Part shown: positions 1 to 12,769 of the stretch, piece by piece | Position numbering within the stretch: position 1 is the first letter of the stretch | Layout of the letters: each line of letters opens with the position of its first letter | NCBI GenBank assembly: GCA_951406725.2 | Contig: OX597825.1 | Coordinates: 46,996,001 to 47,060,000, forward strand | Source: Octopus vulgaris | Lineage: Eukaryota | Reading direction: 5' to 3' | Length of the DNA: 64,000 nucleotides | Notes under the pieces: generated by a model | What the model was told of the DNA's origin: nothing | The model's input: only the letters and a program-made list of their open reading frames with translations | Database searches by the model: none | Translations under genes and position numbers: made by a program

Positions 1-1190
1 AATGCATGGCACAAAGGTGATATATGCAGAAACTACGTTATAAAAGTGGTGACGAGTGATCCGAAGCTTAATTGGTCATTAACAATTTTTTATGATACAA
101 AATATTCGTTAATTATCGAAGACCTATTAGCACTTGCTGTTGCAGTTGCAACAGCAACAACAACAGCAGCAACAGGAGTTGCACCAACAACTACAACAGC
201 TACAACACAATCAGTTGCTGGAACTGATGTTGAAGTCAGGAAACACTGACAGTTCGTTTTCGCCAGATGGCGTAGGAAATGCTATAACTGAATTTAGTTA
301 TAGCCCAGAAGAGGGTATAACTTTTTCGGCGTACTTCAGAAGATACGTAGAAATCTTCAAGGAAGAATTCAAATGCTGGACAGACGATGAAAATGTGAGA
401 TTACTATTCCGGAAACTAGGTCCTTCAGAACATAAAAAATACTGCAATCTTCTTTTGCCTAAAAAACAAAAAGTGAATATATAAGAATGGAAGGCAAGGT
501 TGTGAGGACGATATAGTGACGAAAGAATAGGCTGCATGATGTACATAATAAAAGGTCAACTAGGAGATCACAAACGACATTTAAACCAGTTGAAGACTAG
601 ACATACAGAAGAAAGAGAAGAAATACCTTTGGAAGTTTGTTATGACCTTTTCGACGTTCCAACGCCAAAAGCGGTTGAACCTAGGCGGATCAGCAATAGA
701 AGACGTAAACAAAAAAAAACGACTAGAAAATGTCCCTAAGTGAAGGAAGTATAAAAACTTCTGAAGAAATTAAAATCTCATAAAAGGGAGAGGTGATAAT
801 GAAAAACAGTAAAGAATAAAATGAAATAAACCAGTTGCATTTTCTACAAGAGTCAAATCTCAAAAGGGGAGATGTTATAGCGAGAATCATGACATCCCTT
901 GTGAGAATGGATCACCCGAACTCGTATAAGTACCAGTGTGATTGACTGAGAGTGAGAAATCGCAGGAAGGCGAAAGGTGTCGTTCGTGTGTTCGTGGAGT
1001 TGCAGGAAATTGTTGAGAAGTTGTTATAGTTCATTGAGAGTTGTTTTGGATTGGTTACAGTTGTTGGCAGAGAATCTGGGAATACATGAAGTGGAGACAG
1101 TTGGTGCCTACCCCATTTCAGGGTACTATATATCACGCTGTATTAGTGCACGACACTAAGGTGACATATACAGAAACTACTTTATAAAAC
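1..1190 (+). mobile_element. Internally deleted Gypsy/Ty3 (Mag-like) LTR retrotransposon
   Basis: Bases 1-45 match 1145-1189 (38/45), marking the ends of the 5' and 3' LTRs. TGGTGACGAG at 47 resembles a tRNA-Ser PBS (TGGCGACGAG). Gag-like ORF 134-484 (FSYSPEEGITFSAYFRRY), integrase C-terminal remnant (KRHLNQLK, 536-739), PPT AAAAGGGGAGA 862-872 followed by a TG-started 3' LTR at 873. Confidence 0.85.
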
Positions 1191-2420
1191 AATGTTGATA
1201 AATGAACTATGAGAAAATTGACAAATCTACCAATAAATTCAAGTATGACGTAACAAAAAATGAGTTGGATTACCTCACAAATTTTGTAGTGAAAACAATT
1301 AATCTTTATGGACTTCCTAAAATCCATAAATCCAAATAGATCAGCAATAGTTTAAAATGCCTCCATACACCATATATAAAGATGATTGCTTTATGTTTTG
1401 GAACCAAAATAAGGAGGACCTTACAAAATTTCTTAAATTAATAAATAGCATTGATGTCTCAATCCAATCCACTATGGAAATGAATGAAAAGAAACTCCCC
1501 TTTCTGGACATCCTGTTAATTAAAGAAAATGAGACCGTTACAACTGACCTCTACTGCAAGAACACAGACACTCACCACTATTTAGATTTTAGATCTTGCC
1601 ACCCTTCCCATGCAAAAAAGGAACATACCATTTAATATGGCAAGGCGCATATACTCAATAAGCACAGATACTGTTAGACAAGAGAAACGACTGGTAGAAC
1701 TTAATATACTACTTCAGAAATAAAAGTATTCCAGCAAGTTAATTCAACATGCCATAACAAAAGCAAAGGAAATCTCGACCTCAACCTTACGGAGAAGCAT
1801 TCAGGCTAGGTGTGAAAATAAAAATACAAATACAAATATTCCGTTTGTAGTCACCCACTATCCTAGAAACCACAACGTCCTGCACTTATCCAAACAATAC
1901 CTTCCAATTCTGCATCAGTCACTATGTCTCCAACGAATAATTTTTAAAAAATCACAAATTATCAACAGTTGAAGACAACCACTTAACCTCAAGAGAAACC
2001 TAACAAAGCGAGATGCACATTTGAAAAGGAAAACGATGCAAGTAACGAACTCTGGAGACCGCCCCCGTTATGGAACATGTGAATTAATTGAGCAAGGGAA
2101 AACCAAAAGGCCCAAGAATGGGAAGGAAATAAAAGTGAATGCAAACATGAATTGCAAAATAAATTTCATGCCCACAATGCAATGAAAACTAGACTAGGGA
2201 GGCAGGAAGGAAACTGACCAGCAGTGTAAATGTGCATAAACAAATTATGAATTCATCTTTTGGGAGTATCCCATACATTAACTTCTAGATATTTGTGCAA
2301 ATGGAAAATTTAAAATATTCCCGTTTTACAAAATAAATGATGAAAATGTACAACTACGAAAGGCAAAATAAGAATACTTTATAAGAATTCTAAATCCGAA
2401 ATTAAATCGAAAATAACCAA
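1191..2420 (+). mobile_element. Penelope-like element, decayed RT-thumb-GIY-YIG fragment
   Basis: YKDDCFMFW (YxDD), LPFLDILL, DLYCKNTDTHHYLDFRSCHP in ORF 1357-1635. A broken frame continues to ...FKIFPFYK...LNPKLN, a typical PLE C-terminus. Confidence 0.85.
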
Positions 2421-2699
2421 CAATAGTAAATGAATATTTATGACTAAAACCAAGCATCCGAAAATAAACCGGAAATAATACTACTACAACCACAAAAATA
2501 ACAACTTCCTCTTTAAGAGCACGTGTCCCTGAAAAGGTTTAACGGAAGCGCTCACACACTAGAAAACAAAAATTCTTCCCCCAAAAGGTTAGTAACATCC
2601 TCATAAAAGATTTCATAACATTTTAAAAATATACTTTAAAAAAAAATCAACCTACACTTCAAATACTGGATTAAGTAATCCTCATAGACTTTCATATAT

Positions 2700-3301
2700 A
2701 TATATATAAAAAGGAAATGAAGAAAATGCTGACAAAATAATTTAAGTAAGGGAGCGTGGAAGTTCTTTTTTAAACAAAAAAAGAGAAAAATTGGGTTAGA
2801 ATACAATGTTCATTTTTTGTGAATGATTTCAGTGTATAAGAAAAAAGTAAGAGTCTTTTACAGTGTTCTGTTTCAGAATAAGATATTTAGTAAAAGCGTG
2901 TAATATACAGTTTTTTGTGGAAAAGTTCAATGTCAGATAAGAGAAAAAAATCAATCAGAAAGGAACTCTATCTCACTCAAAATATCTTTTGATAAGCATA
3001 ACAAATGCGCAACCGGTAAACTCTTACTTTTTTTATTCTACACTGAAATCTGACATTGAACTTTTCCACAAAAAACTGTATATTACACGCTTTTACTAAA
3101 TATCTTATTCTGAAACAGAGCACTGTAAAAGACTCTTACTTTTTTTCTTATACACTGAAATCATTCACAAAAAATGAACATTGTATTCTAACCCAATTTT
3201 TCTCTTTTTTTGTTTAAAAAAAGAACTTTCACCTAATTAAATACACTCTCCCTTACTTAAATTATTTTGTCACCATTTTCTTCATTTCCTTTTTTATATA
3301 T
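2700..3301. repeat. Long inverted repeat (~240-bp arms, ~110-bp spacer), probable inverted PLE pseudo-LTR
   Basis: ~2700-2938 is the near-exact reverse complement of ~3049-3301; it lies shortly downstream of the PLE ORF. Confidence 0.9.
2985..3022 (+). ncRNA. Minimal type I hammerhead ribozyme, degenerate (U3-A8 core)
   Basis: TCTT-TTGATAA-GCAT(AACAA)ATGC-GCAA-CCGG-TA: 4-bp stem II, palindromic stem III, GUA site; GAAA is mutated to GCAA. Confidence 0.6.
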
Positions 3302-3329
3302 CACAACTCGTGTTCCACATCTCCTTTTT

Positions 3330-3374
<45 letters not shown>

Positions 3375-3376
<2 letters not shown>

Positions 3377-4787
3377 TAGCACTATGACCCGGAGTTGCCG
3401 GGTCGCAGTAAAAATTTCTCACTAAATCAAGAACTAAGTTTCTTATCACATTTCAGCCCGGGCCAATTTTGTTGTTTATGAGCTATTTGGAGCTTTTTAT
3501 GAGAGTAATTAATATTCATTGGACTTCGATTTTCCCACCTGGAACGGCATAATCATGGAAAATTAGCGGGACCGTGCACATACCATTAGTCGGACAAAAA
3601 AGGAGGCAGAAGAAAACGAAAAACTTGAATTTAGCCGCCAAAGCATGAGTTTGAAAATACACATAAATCTCGTTTGTTGAGTTTTGGTTTCACACCCAAC
3701 CCAGTTCTGCGCAATCACTGTCGCGACGGGAACGCATGGTTTGGGAGTTTGACTGGCAGAAGTGATCAAGTTGCACATGCCAGCCCTTTTGACACCAACC
3801 CCCTCAGTTAATCCCCTCATCCTATGAGTGAATAGCGATAGTGGGAAGAAAAGTACTGATTCCGGCGAAAAGGTAGAACAAGAAGAGCACAAAGAACAGC
3901 ATTCAAAGTGATTTTATGAGTATGATGCATTGAAGCAAGTAACGCAGTAAGGTCAATAGTTATAAGTTCATGACGCATAGAAACACGTAAGACATCAATG
4001 TTAACTAAGGCATACCTAATAGGTATGCCTTTTCGCCGAAAGGCTAATTGGGCTCCCGATCTACTGAAACGGAGGAGGTTAGGTTCGGAACACAGCTAAG
4101 CATTCAACGGAAGGGGGCTCGGGAGCCTCTAATAGGCAGCTTCTAATCCCGATGTATCACTAACCTATCCTAGGGGTTCTAAATGACATAGCTGTAGAGG
4201 AAATTGACTGTGGAGATGTGCAAGGCGTGTTTGTTTCGGAGGAGGATGACTGCATTGGGTTAAAGACCATTGAAGAATGTAGCTTTGGAGATCCGCATTA
4301 GCGAAACTTACCAAAACTTACCGACAGCCTTCACAAATAGGGACCTAGCCCTTTAGCCTAACTTAATAAACATCTGACAAAGTGAGAATTGTTTTCGTTG
4401 AGGATAGCATTGGTATTCCAATGCATTTATAAATGCTTATCGAAAATCTTGTTGTAAACGATATTGCAGGTTTTAGACTCAGGGGCATATACAAACAGGG
4501 CATTCCTACTTCCAACGCGGGATGAAGCAACATAAAGTTGCCCATGCGAAAAGCAGGGCTCTCCCAGATGTATTCTCGCGACTGTGAGCGTCTGTCCCTG
4601 CGATTTGTTACTTGACAGCGCTTAATGACTTTCTGGGATGACTGGGGAAATGAAAAGATCTTCACGACCACCCTCAGACAGTTTTGAAAGCCCATAGAAA
4701 ATGCGAACCGTTTACGTGAAAAGCTGTGGATTTGCATAAAGGACACACAGACACAGATTCACAGACATTTTGCCGTTTATATATATA
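3375..4787 (+). mobile_element. Helentron-associated (HINE/DINE-1-like) non-autonomous element
   Basis: Starts ACTAGC after (TA)n, followed by hairpin GACCCGG-agttg-CCGGGTC. Ends with ACAG-type repeats and TTTATATATA. GC-richer than its flanks; no credible ORF. Confidence 0.5.
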
Positions 4788-4980
4788 ACAATAAGAAAAT
4801 GGAAGGGATCAAGAGGTGGTATTTATCAACTTTTAGACATTATATTATGTCTATTGATTTATTTTTTAAAAGACAATTATAATAATATACATACATGTAT
4901 AACTGATTATGCTTTACATATATAAAAAAAATACTAGTACTTATTAAAATATATAACGTAGAACATAGAAAGTAGAATAG

Positions 4981-5046
4981 TTTCTTACAGCTGTTTCAGC
5001 AAGGAGGTCACAGCACCCCACTTTACTTCCATCTCTTCAGTGAACT
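4981..5046 (-). ncRNA. Hammerhead ribozyme remnant (C3-G8 core)
   Basis: Minus strand reads CTGAAGA-[36 nt]-GAAA-CAGCTG-TA with palindromic stem III and a GUA site. Stems I and II are imperfect. Confidence 0.5.
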
Positions 5047-6115
5047 GAAGTATTTGGTAGAAAAAATTGGGTATGCTTCTGGGCGTCGTCAGAGAGTTTT
5101 GAAAGTTCATAAGGTTAAGTTATTAATATTTATAATACATATAATACACACTTTTACATATACATACATATATATAAATATATATCCGTATATTTATATA
5201 CATATGTATATGCATACAACGGAATCAATTATTATTATTATTAGATATATTATATTATTCTTATTAGATAAGTATAAACAGAGAAAAGAGAAAATTGGTC
5301 AGGTTATACATCTTGGATACCCTCAAGAGACATGCCGACCCACATAGGTCGGCTCTCTTGGCTATCTCAAGCCATATGAATGCCTACGGGCAAATATTAC
5401 CCATACAGGAAGCCTAATAAAGAAACGGTATGTATCCACAAGAGCTCACCCTTGCTCTGTAATTAAACGGGTGTCTAAACCCTCAGCCAACGTGGAGATC
5501 TTTAATCGGGTTGCCCACCCACTACAACGATGCTTTGGCTATACCACCTTAGCACCAGCTGCTACTCTGTATCGCCTGTACCAAGATCACCACTACCAAC
5601 CAATCCCATGTGCAGGACCGCCACACATCAATCTCATACCAATTCTCAACGCTTACCAATCTCCAACGCTTCTTTTGCGTGTGTTTACTAGCGCACACAC
5701 GCGTGCGAATGCATGCACTGGTATGCATGCGTACAAGCATGCAAATATACACATTTACATATTAAAGAATACGCATGTGTGTGCGCGTGTGTATGTGCAG
5801 ACGTGAGCGTGCGCGCCCATGTACAAAAGCGAACAATCGCATCAATGTACGCATGCAGGCAAAACTATATGAACGCATATGCATACCCATATATAGAGCT
5901 ATATACTTGCACGTGCTACCCCTTCTCAACTCCCCCAACCCCAACAACCTGACCGATTTCTAATCGCCACGTGCTCTATTTCCTGGCCTCTACTTGGTCA
6001 ATTTCCTGTTCACCATGCGATTTTTCCAACTAACATATACCAAAATCACACCACGCCACCGTATGACCTTCCTCGACCAATCACAGCTCACCTGACTGTA
6101 ATGACAATCAACTTC

Positions 6116-6505
6116 GGTGTCATATGAATTTGTCACCCATAATTATGATCCTAGTATCGATCTATTGCATTGTAATCTATTTTAGATTTACGGTTAGTTA
6201 GGGTTAGGGGTGGGGGAAGGGTATCTATTTTTCTTCACAAATGTAAATAAACCCAATCTGTTTCTTAAAGGAGGGACATATTCATGCGGCACAGAATGCT
6301 TTCACCTCAATGGACGGTCAGTGATTGGTTAAAATTGCCGAAATGCAAGAAATTAAAGACGAAATATGTTACAAACTATAGAATTTTCTCAATAAAGCCA
6401 AGAGAAAATGATGTTTTATAAACACATTCTACCAGTATACGAAGTTTAAAATGTTTAATTACCTAGAAATTATGTTAAAAACTGCCGTTCAAACTGAAAA
6501 GATCC
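6116..6505. mobile_element. Merlin-like MITE related to 49531-50169, left TIR lost
   Basis: Right end ...GAAAAGATCC. Internal blocks shared with 50000-50169 (e.g. ACATTCTACCAGT...GAAGTTT). TTAGGG units at ~6198-6210. Flanks TCAACTTC (6108-6115) and CCAACTTC (6506-6513) look like an 8-bp TSD. Confidence 0.6.
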
Positions 6506-6589
6506 CCAACTTCTGACATTCAAATTCAAAATGGCTGATGACTAGCATCACGCTTGAAACCCAATATTACCTACGAATTTGAATCAAAC

Positions 6590-6630
<41 letters not shown>

Positions 6631-8389
6631 ATATATATAAACATCTCTGTGTGTGTATATATATATATTTTAAAACTAGGTTTAGTATGATATATTATTA
6701 TTTTAAAACTATGATTAGCATGATATATTATTGATAAATATCTAGCTATTTATCTACTTATCTATCTTTGAAAACCAAAATTTTGAATGAATTTACAGCG
6801 TTATTCATCATGATTATTAAGCGGCTTTCAACATTTTTTATGTGACAACGTTTCGGTGATTCACTTAATTATTCTTATGTTCCGTAGATCAGTCGTTAAT
6901 TAATTAATAAATGTTTAACAATATATATTCAAATATTTTAAATATAAATGAAAGCTTCTTAAACGGGATCTCTGTAATTACAAATGATTTGCGCCTAGAG
7001 TGTAGAACCGATTACGTGTTACTCCATATTTATTGATCATTTTTACATACAATCTATCAGTATTTGGATCAGGTTGCATATTACGTTATCAATAAAAGTT
7101 CAGTCTAAGAACTAGAGAAAATCTAGTGGAAAAATTATTTAGTACAAATGGAATTATTAACCAATCAAAATTTATAAACTTGGGATGCCATTAGTTCATA
7201 GTAAGGGGCGCAACATCCATTCCCCATCTTTTCTGGTCAACCTTCTGTTTGCATTACCGTTCTCTCTGTCGAATCCTTGATACTCTTCTACTAACACCCT
7301 CTGAGGTGTTTCCGAGCCTTCTTTTGTGGAATATTCCTTAAAAAATACAAGAAAATTAGGGTTAGTTAGACAATTTCTTCGCCCTGAATTTACACATCGG
7401 AGTATTCAAGAAATTATATTTCTTATCAACGCAAGTAATCAGAGTTCGTTTACTTAAAATATTTTACCCATGAATATTTGATTGTGACCTATAAATTATA
7501 TTAGAAATTGCCTTCAAGTACAAAGAAATCATCACGTACACACACGCACAGACACACACACGCACGTACATACACACGAAGTCACACACGCACACACTCA
7601 CATATATACACACACTCGTATACACACACGCATACAAAATTTCCGAAATATATTTCGTCGTTAATCAAATATATTCTTTTATCTAATTATTTTGAGTATT
7701 TATTAAAACAGTTGTTTACCTAAAGGGAGTAAATTTACAACTAATTATTAATGATTTTTCTCTTGTCATAGCTCTTTGGTGACATGAAATGTTCTTATAA
7801 CAACAAAAGAATGTTATTCTGCGCTATTTGATTAGTTAGCCGGGAGTCAACATTTTTTAAATATAAATTCATCCTTTCACGCTAATTCTTCCTGCTAAAA
7901 ATTACATTATGAAAGGAATGAGTGTGATGCTATGGATTTGATATCAATCGATCCAATGTTATTTCAATTTTAGATTGAAAAGAAAACATACGTCAATAAA
8001 GCATAAAAATACACATACATAAGTGATCACCGCATATACTAAATAAAAATCTAAAACCAAATGCTCGAAAATACAGGATAATTTAAAAGTTCAAACTACT
8101 GACGACACCAGCCTTTCGGATCTGGAGGTGAAATCATTTACAAAAATTTTTCATCTATTTTCCAAAACTGTTTGAATATTTTTCATGATTGTTTATACTT
8201 ACACGATCTTTTGCGAGTAGATATGAGGGACGACCAACTTAGTGACTACTACAATTATTGTTTAGTTTATTCTGCTGGTATTAATACACGTATCTCTTTT
8301 CATGAAATATGATGTGTTAGCTTTGAGTTCTTTACTATTGCTGTTATTGCATTGCTAAGAATTTTTTTCATTGGGCCATATGAAGATTT

Positions 8390-8790
8390 ATGTCTGCTTG
8401 AAGGATTCTGCCTCCGTAAAAATGTAGTATATGAATGTACAGTAGTATCAGATAAGTATCAGGCTAGAACATATATAGGTAGTACTTTTGAATTAAAAAA
8501 TAAGATATAGAACGCATTTAAATTCATTTACAAACATTAAATATAAAAATTATACTACTCTAGCCACATATATACATAATTTAAGGAATAACATGATTAA
8601 TCATAAGATTTCTTGGTCTATACTAGCAAATAACAAATGCAATTTATGCATTAGAGACTCATACATTATTCTAAAACCATACAATTCGGGCAGATTAAAT
8701 AAATTCTCTGATACCAATCATTCATGTACTCATAAATTTCACTCATCTTTTATGAAACTTTATAGGATGAGATATAAGGAATGAAGCATT
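8390..8790 (+). mobile_element. Penelope-like GIY-YIG endonuclease fragment
   Basis: CLRKNVVYECTV...RTYIGST and the downstream KCNLCIRD...LN...CTH motifs. Confidence 0.7.
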
Positions 8791-9051
8791 TGGCAGCCCT
8801 GCTTCTTCCTCTATTAGTAATTTTTCCCAGAATTTATTGGAAAATCGACCTTCTATTTATTATTCTCACATCATTCTTCATAGGTAAGTGTGAATCATCA
8901 TAAAAGTGATTACTATCTGATGGAGTAACCGACGACTAACGCAATGTAACCAAACATTTCCTTTTTTGCCTTCCTTTCGAACTTGATTAGTTATCTATTT
9001 ACTTATTCCTGATAAAGTAGACATGTCAGTATGAATCTAAAGGATTTATAC

Positions 9052-9090
9052 CAGCTGACTAATGGACTCCAGAAACGGCTGTCGAATTGC
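9052..9090 (+). ncRNA. Degenerate minimal hammerhead in PLE 3' region
   Basis: CTGACTA-ATGGACTCCA-GAAA-CGGCTG-TC; G8 is lost and stem I is poor. Confidence 0.35.
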
Positions 9091-9504
9091 TACATATTGA
9101 CGTTATAACCCACTATAAAACATTTCTTCAGAATTCTTCTAAATTTTTAAATCCATAATTAGGATTTCCTACTACTGCCGATGTATTCTATAACTTTTAA
9201 TCCTTATTTCAACGTCCTTTAACCTTAAATTTAAATTTAGTACGATTTCTAATCGATATAGCAACCTTTATTTATTTACCCTTTTCATGTACATTTTTAC
9301 TGCATATAACTTATATTTCGTTCTAAATACATTTCTTGTCTTGTAATTTCATGTTATACGTATGTATGTATTTATGTATTTATTATGTTGATTTAAACAA
9401 AAAGCATAAATGATTATCTAAATTTTTGTCTCTTCTTATACCAAGTTATACAATATCTAACGCCTCGTATTCGACCTGAGCACTTCCAAGCAATCGAGTA
9501 AAAT

Positions 9505-9542
<38 letters not shown>

Positions 9543-9603
9543 GTGAGAGAGAGAGAGAGAGACATACACATTCACACACACGCACATACACACACACACA
9601 GAG

Positions 9604-9635
<32 letters not shown>

Positions 9636-9649
9636 GTATATATATCACG

Positions 9650-12366
9650 CTCAGATAGAACAGAACGGAGCTATGGGTGGAGTTGCTGTGTACATCCGAG
9701 AGGATCTCCCCTCTCAAATCCTACTGTCATATTCAAATTCAGTGTATGACACTCAAATTGTACACATAAGAAACTTAATATTGTCATATGTACTACATAT
9801 CACCAACCTGATTCTCCAAATCATACACGTAAGTTTGAGGACTGCTTAGCAAAGATAGGAGAAGCTCTCACTAAACTGGAACAACATGTCCGTGTATACC
9901 TTTTGGGTGGTTTTAACTTCCCCAGTGTGGGATGTCCTGGGGGATCATCTGGCCCCCCAGCAATAACACAGCACCAGCTAGCGCAAGCGGAGAATCTGCT
10001 CTATTTACCAATGCTTCTTTCATGGAGAAAATTGTGCTGCAACCAACCAGGGCAAATGATATACTGGATCTCTGCTTCACAAACAATACTGACATTATTC
10101 ATAATGTTAAAGTGATACCGAGGCTAGTCTCGGATCACAACATAATAGAGATGTCTATCTGTGGACCAAAAGCCCCTACAGGCATAAAGCCTATACAAAG
10201 TACCCCGAATCTCTCCAACCTGAATTTTCATAAATCAAACTGGGAGTTGATTGAGAAAGAGATCCTCAAACAGGAATTGCCATTTAGGATTGACCAGACA
10301 TTGACATGAAACAAATATTTCATATCCATAATGCGAGCCATATCTGACAAAATCTGTTCGAGAGCGCATGGCTAACACATACAAAACAGGATCCCTAGGG
10401 AAAGGAAGAGTCTTATTAGACGACGGACAAAGATTGTGAACCGACTGAGCAAGCACCCCAAAAGTGGTGAGAAGTCACTCCTGGCGGGAGTACTGTTGGA
10501 GATTGAGAAAAGTCTGCATCAATCTCACGAAAGAGAGAGAGAGAGCAGATAAGGAAGCTTGCGTTATAGAAAATATCAAGTCGAACCCTAAAGTTTTCTC
10601 TAATTTTGCTAAAGAAACAACCTCAGTACTCCACAAGATAGGACCTCTCTTCCGAAAAGAAGGCTCCCTCTCAGTAAACCTGAGGGTAAGTGAAATACTG
10701 AACGAGCTGTTCCAAAGTGTGTTCACTACACCTCTTGGACGCAAACCAGCAGAATTCTTTGCCACTTTACCTGTAACCAAAGTGGCGAAAATTAATTACA
10801 TCAATATTAAAGAAGATGTAAAATTGGCCATAGATGAGGTTAACACAAACTCAGCTGGTGGCCCTGATGGATTCCCAGCAAACCTCAAATCGTGCAAACG
10901 AGCCCTTGCAAAACCGCTGCAGCTTCTTTTTCAGTTTTCTTGCAGGTAGGAAGCCCCCTGACAAACTAAAGGAAGGAATAATATACCCTATCCATAAAGG
11001 AGGAAGCAGAGTTGATGTTAAAATTATAGGCTTATCTCTCTGACATCAAACATCAGCAAAGTCATGGAACGTATAGTCTGCATAAACTAATCGCATTCCT
11101 CGAGGAAAATGACTTGTTGACTGACACCCATCATCGATTGCAACCAGGTAGAAGCTGCCTGACACATCTTTTGCAACAATACGACTGGGTGTTAAAACAG
11201 CTGCTAAATGACTCAAGTGATGATGTGACTTTTATAAAGTCGACCATGGTATGATATTTAACAAACTGCATGATCTCGGTATAGTCGGAAAACTTGGAGA
11301 GTGCCTACACGACTTTCTAAAAGATAGATGTCAGGCAGTGGTGGAAACACAGTAAGTGGTGTTCCACAAGGCACCGTCTTAAACCCCCTGCTATTCATAG
11401 AGGCCCTCTCAGATAGCCACCCCTGCTAGCTAGCTATGTAGATGACACAAAAGTCTCTCAGACAATGCAAAATTCTGGAAATATTGTGCATCGGCAACGG
11501 GAGTTGGATGCATTATATAGGTGGGCTGAGGACAAAAACATGCAGCTGAATTCAGGAAAATTCCAAGCCCTGCGCTACCAGCACATAAAGCTGAACATCA
11601 TGAAGATAGGCCACACTGGTCCAGGAGGGATTACAATCCCTGAATCAAAATCGGTGCTTGACCTGGACATTGACATGAGCAATGATGCATCTTTCCAGGT
11701 GCATATTATATATTTGGCAATAAAATGCAGACGGCTGGCTGGCTGGATCCTCCAAACTTTCAAAACGAGAGAAAAGGAGATAATGATGGTCCTTTGGAGG
11801 GCATATATCCTCAGCCGCTTGGACTGCTGCTCACTACACAAAATAAAATTAACGGCGGAGCTCGAAGCAATCCAACGAAGCTATACAAAGAAAACAGTCT
11901 CAATGCAACGTATCAGCTACTGGGAGAGATCTGGAGTGAAGATGGGAAAAATATGCAGTGATAGACATCTGGAAAATCCTGGAAGGCCTTGTACAAAACG
12001 CTGGCATTGTAAGTTACACAAACAGCAGAACGGGATACCACTGCATAGTGCTAAAAATCCCAGCATCCCCATCAAAATACAAGATCAGATACTGAAACAG
12101 CTTGGGTTTCATGGGCCCACAACTCTTCAATATCCTTCCAAAATTCCTGAGAAACTTGCATGGTGTGAATGTAGGTGGCTTCAAAACAAAACTGGATCTC
12201 CTATTGTCAAGGATTCAAGATGAGCCTACTTCACGGCAGGAAACACAGATAAAGGCAACGGCATCAAACTCCCTCATTCACCAAATGCCACATATCAGAG
12301 GAGTTTTCAAATTATGCTGTAGTACAGCTAACGCCCAAGCATGACCACAGCTTTAAAGCTGAAACA
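9650..12366 (+). mobile_element. CR1/L2-group LINE ORF2 (APE endonuclease + RT), frameshifted
   Basis: GGVAVYI, GFNFP, QPTRANDILDL, SDHN (APE); AGGPDG; GVPQGTVL; YVDDT near 11436; C-terminal SYWER. Same family as 23822-24618. Confidence 0.9.
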
Positions 12367-12373
12367 CTTTAAA

Positions 12374-12374
12374 G

Positions 12375-12445
<71 letters not shown>

Positions 12446-12570
12446 AGAAGAAGAAGAGGAAGAAGAAGAAGAAGAAAAAGACGAATGAGGAGGAGAAGAC
12501 GAAGAAGAAGAAGAAGAAGAAGAAGAAGAAGAAGAAGAAGAAGAAGAAGAAGAAGAAAAAGAAGAAAAGC
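12374..12570. repeat. Compound microsatellite (TA)n(TG)n(GAA)n
   Basis: Direct reading. Confidence 0.97.
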
Positions 12571-12769
12571 AGAGTTTAAAATTCACAACTGTTTCGGTAG
12601 CATTCTATTGGTGCATTTTAGATTGCATGATAAAAACCCCGCCATCATCGGGTAAGTAATAAACACAGAAACAGGTAAGGTATGATGACCAATTCACAGC
12701 TGCCATGGTGAAATAAGAGATATTTTTAGAAAATCAAAGGTGACCGTGGTGATTGTAACAATTACCATG

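Noticed and set aside
8098-8150. Hammerhead candidate CTGACGA...GAAA (also GAAACGTTGTC on minus at ~6843-6855)
   Set aside because: Stem III/cleavage site or the core cannot be completed; too degenerate to call.
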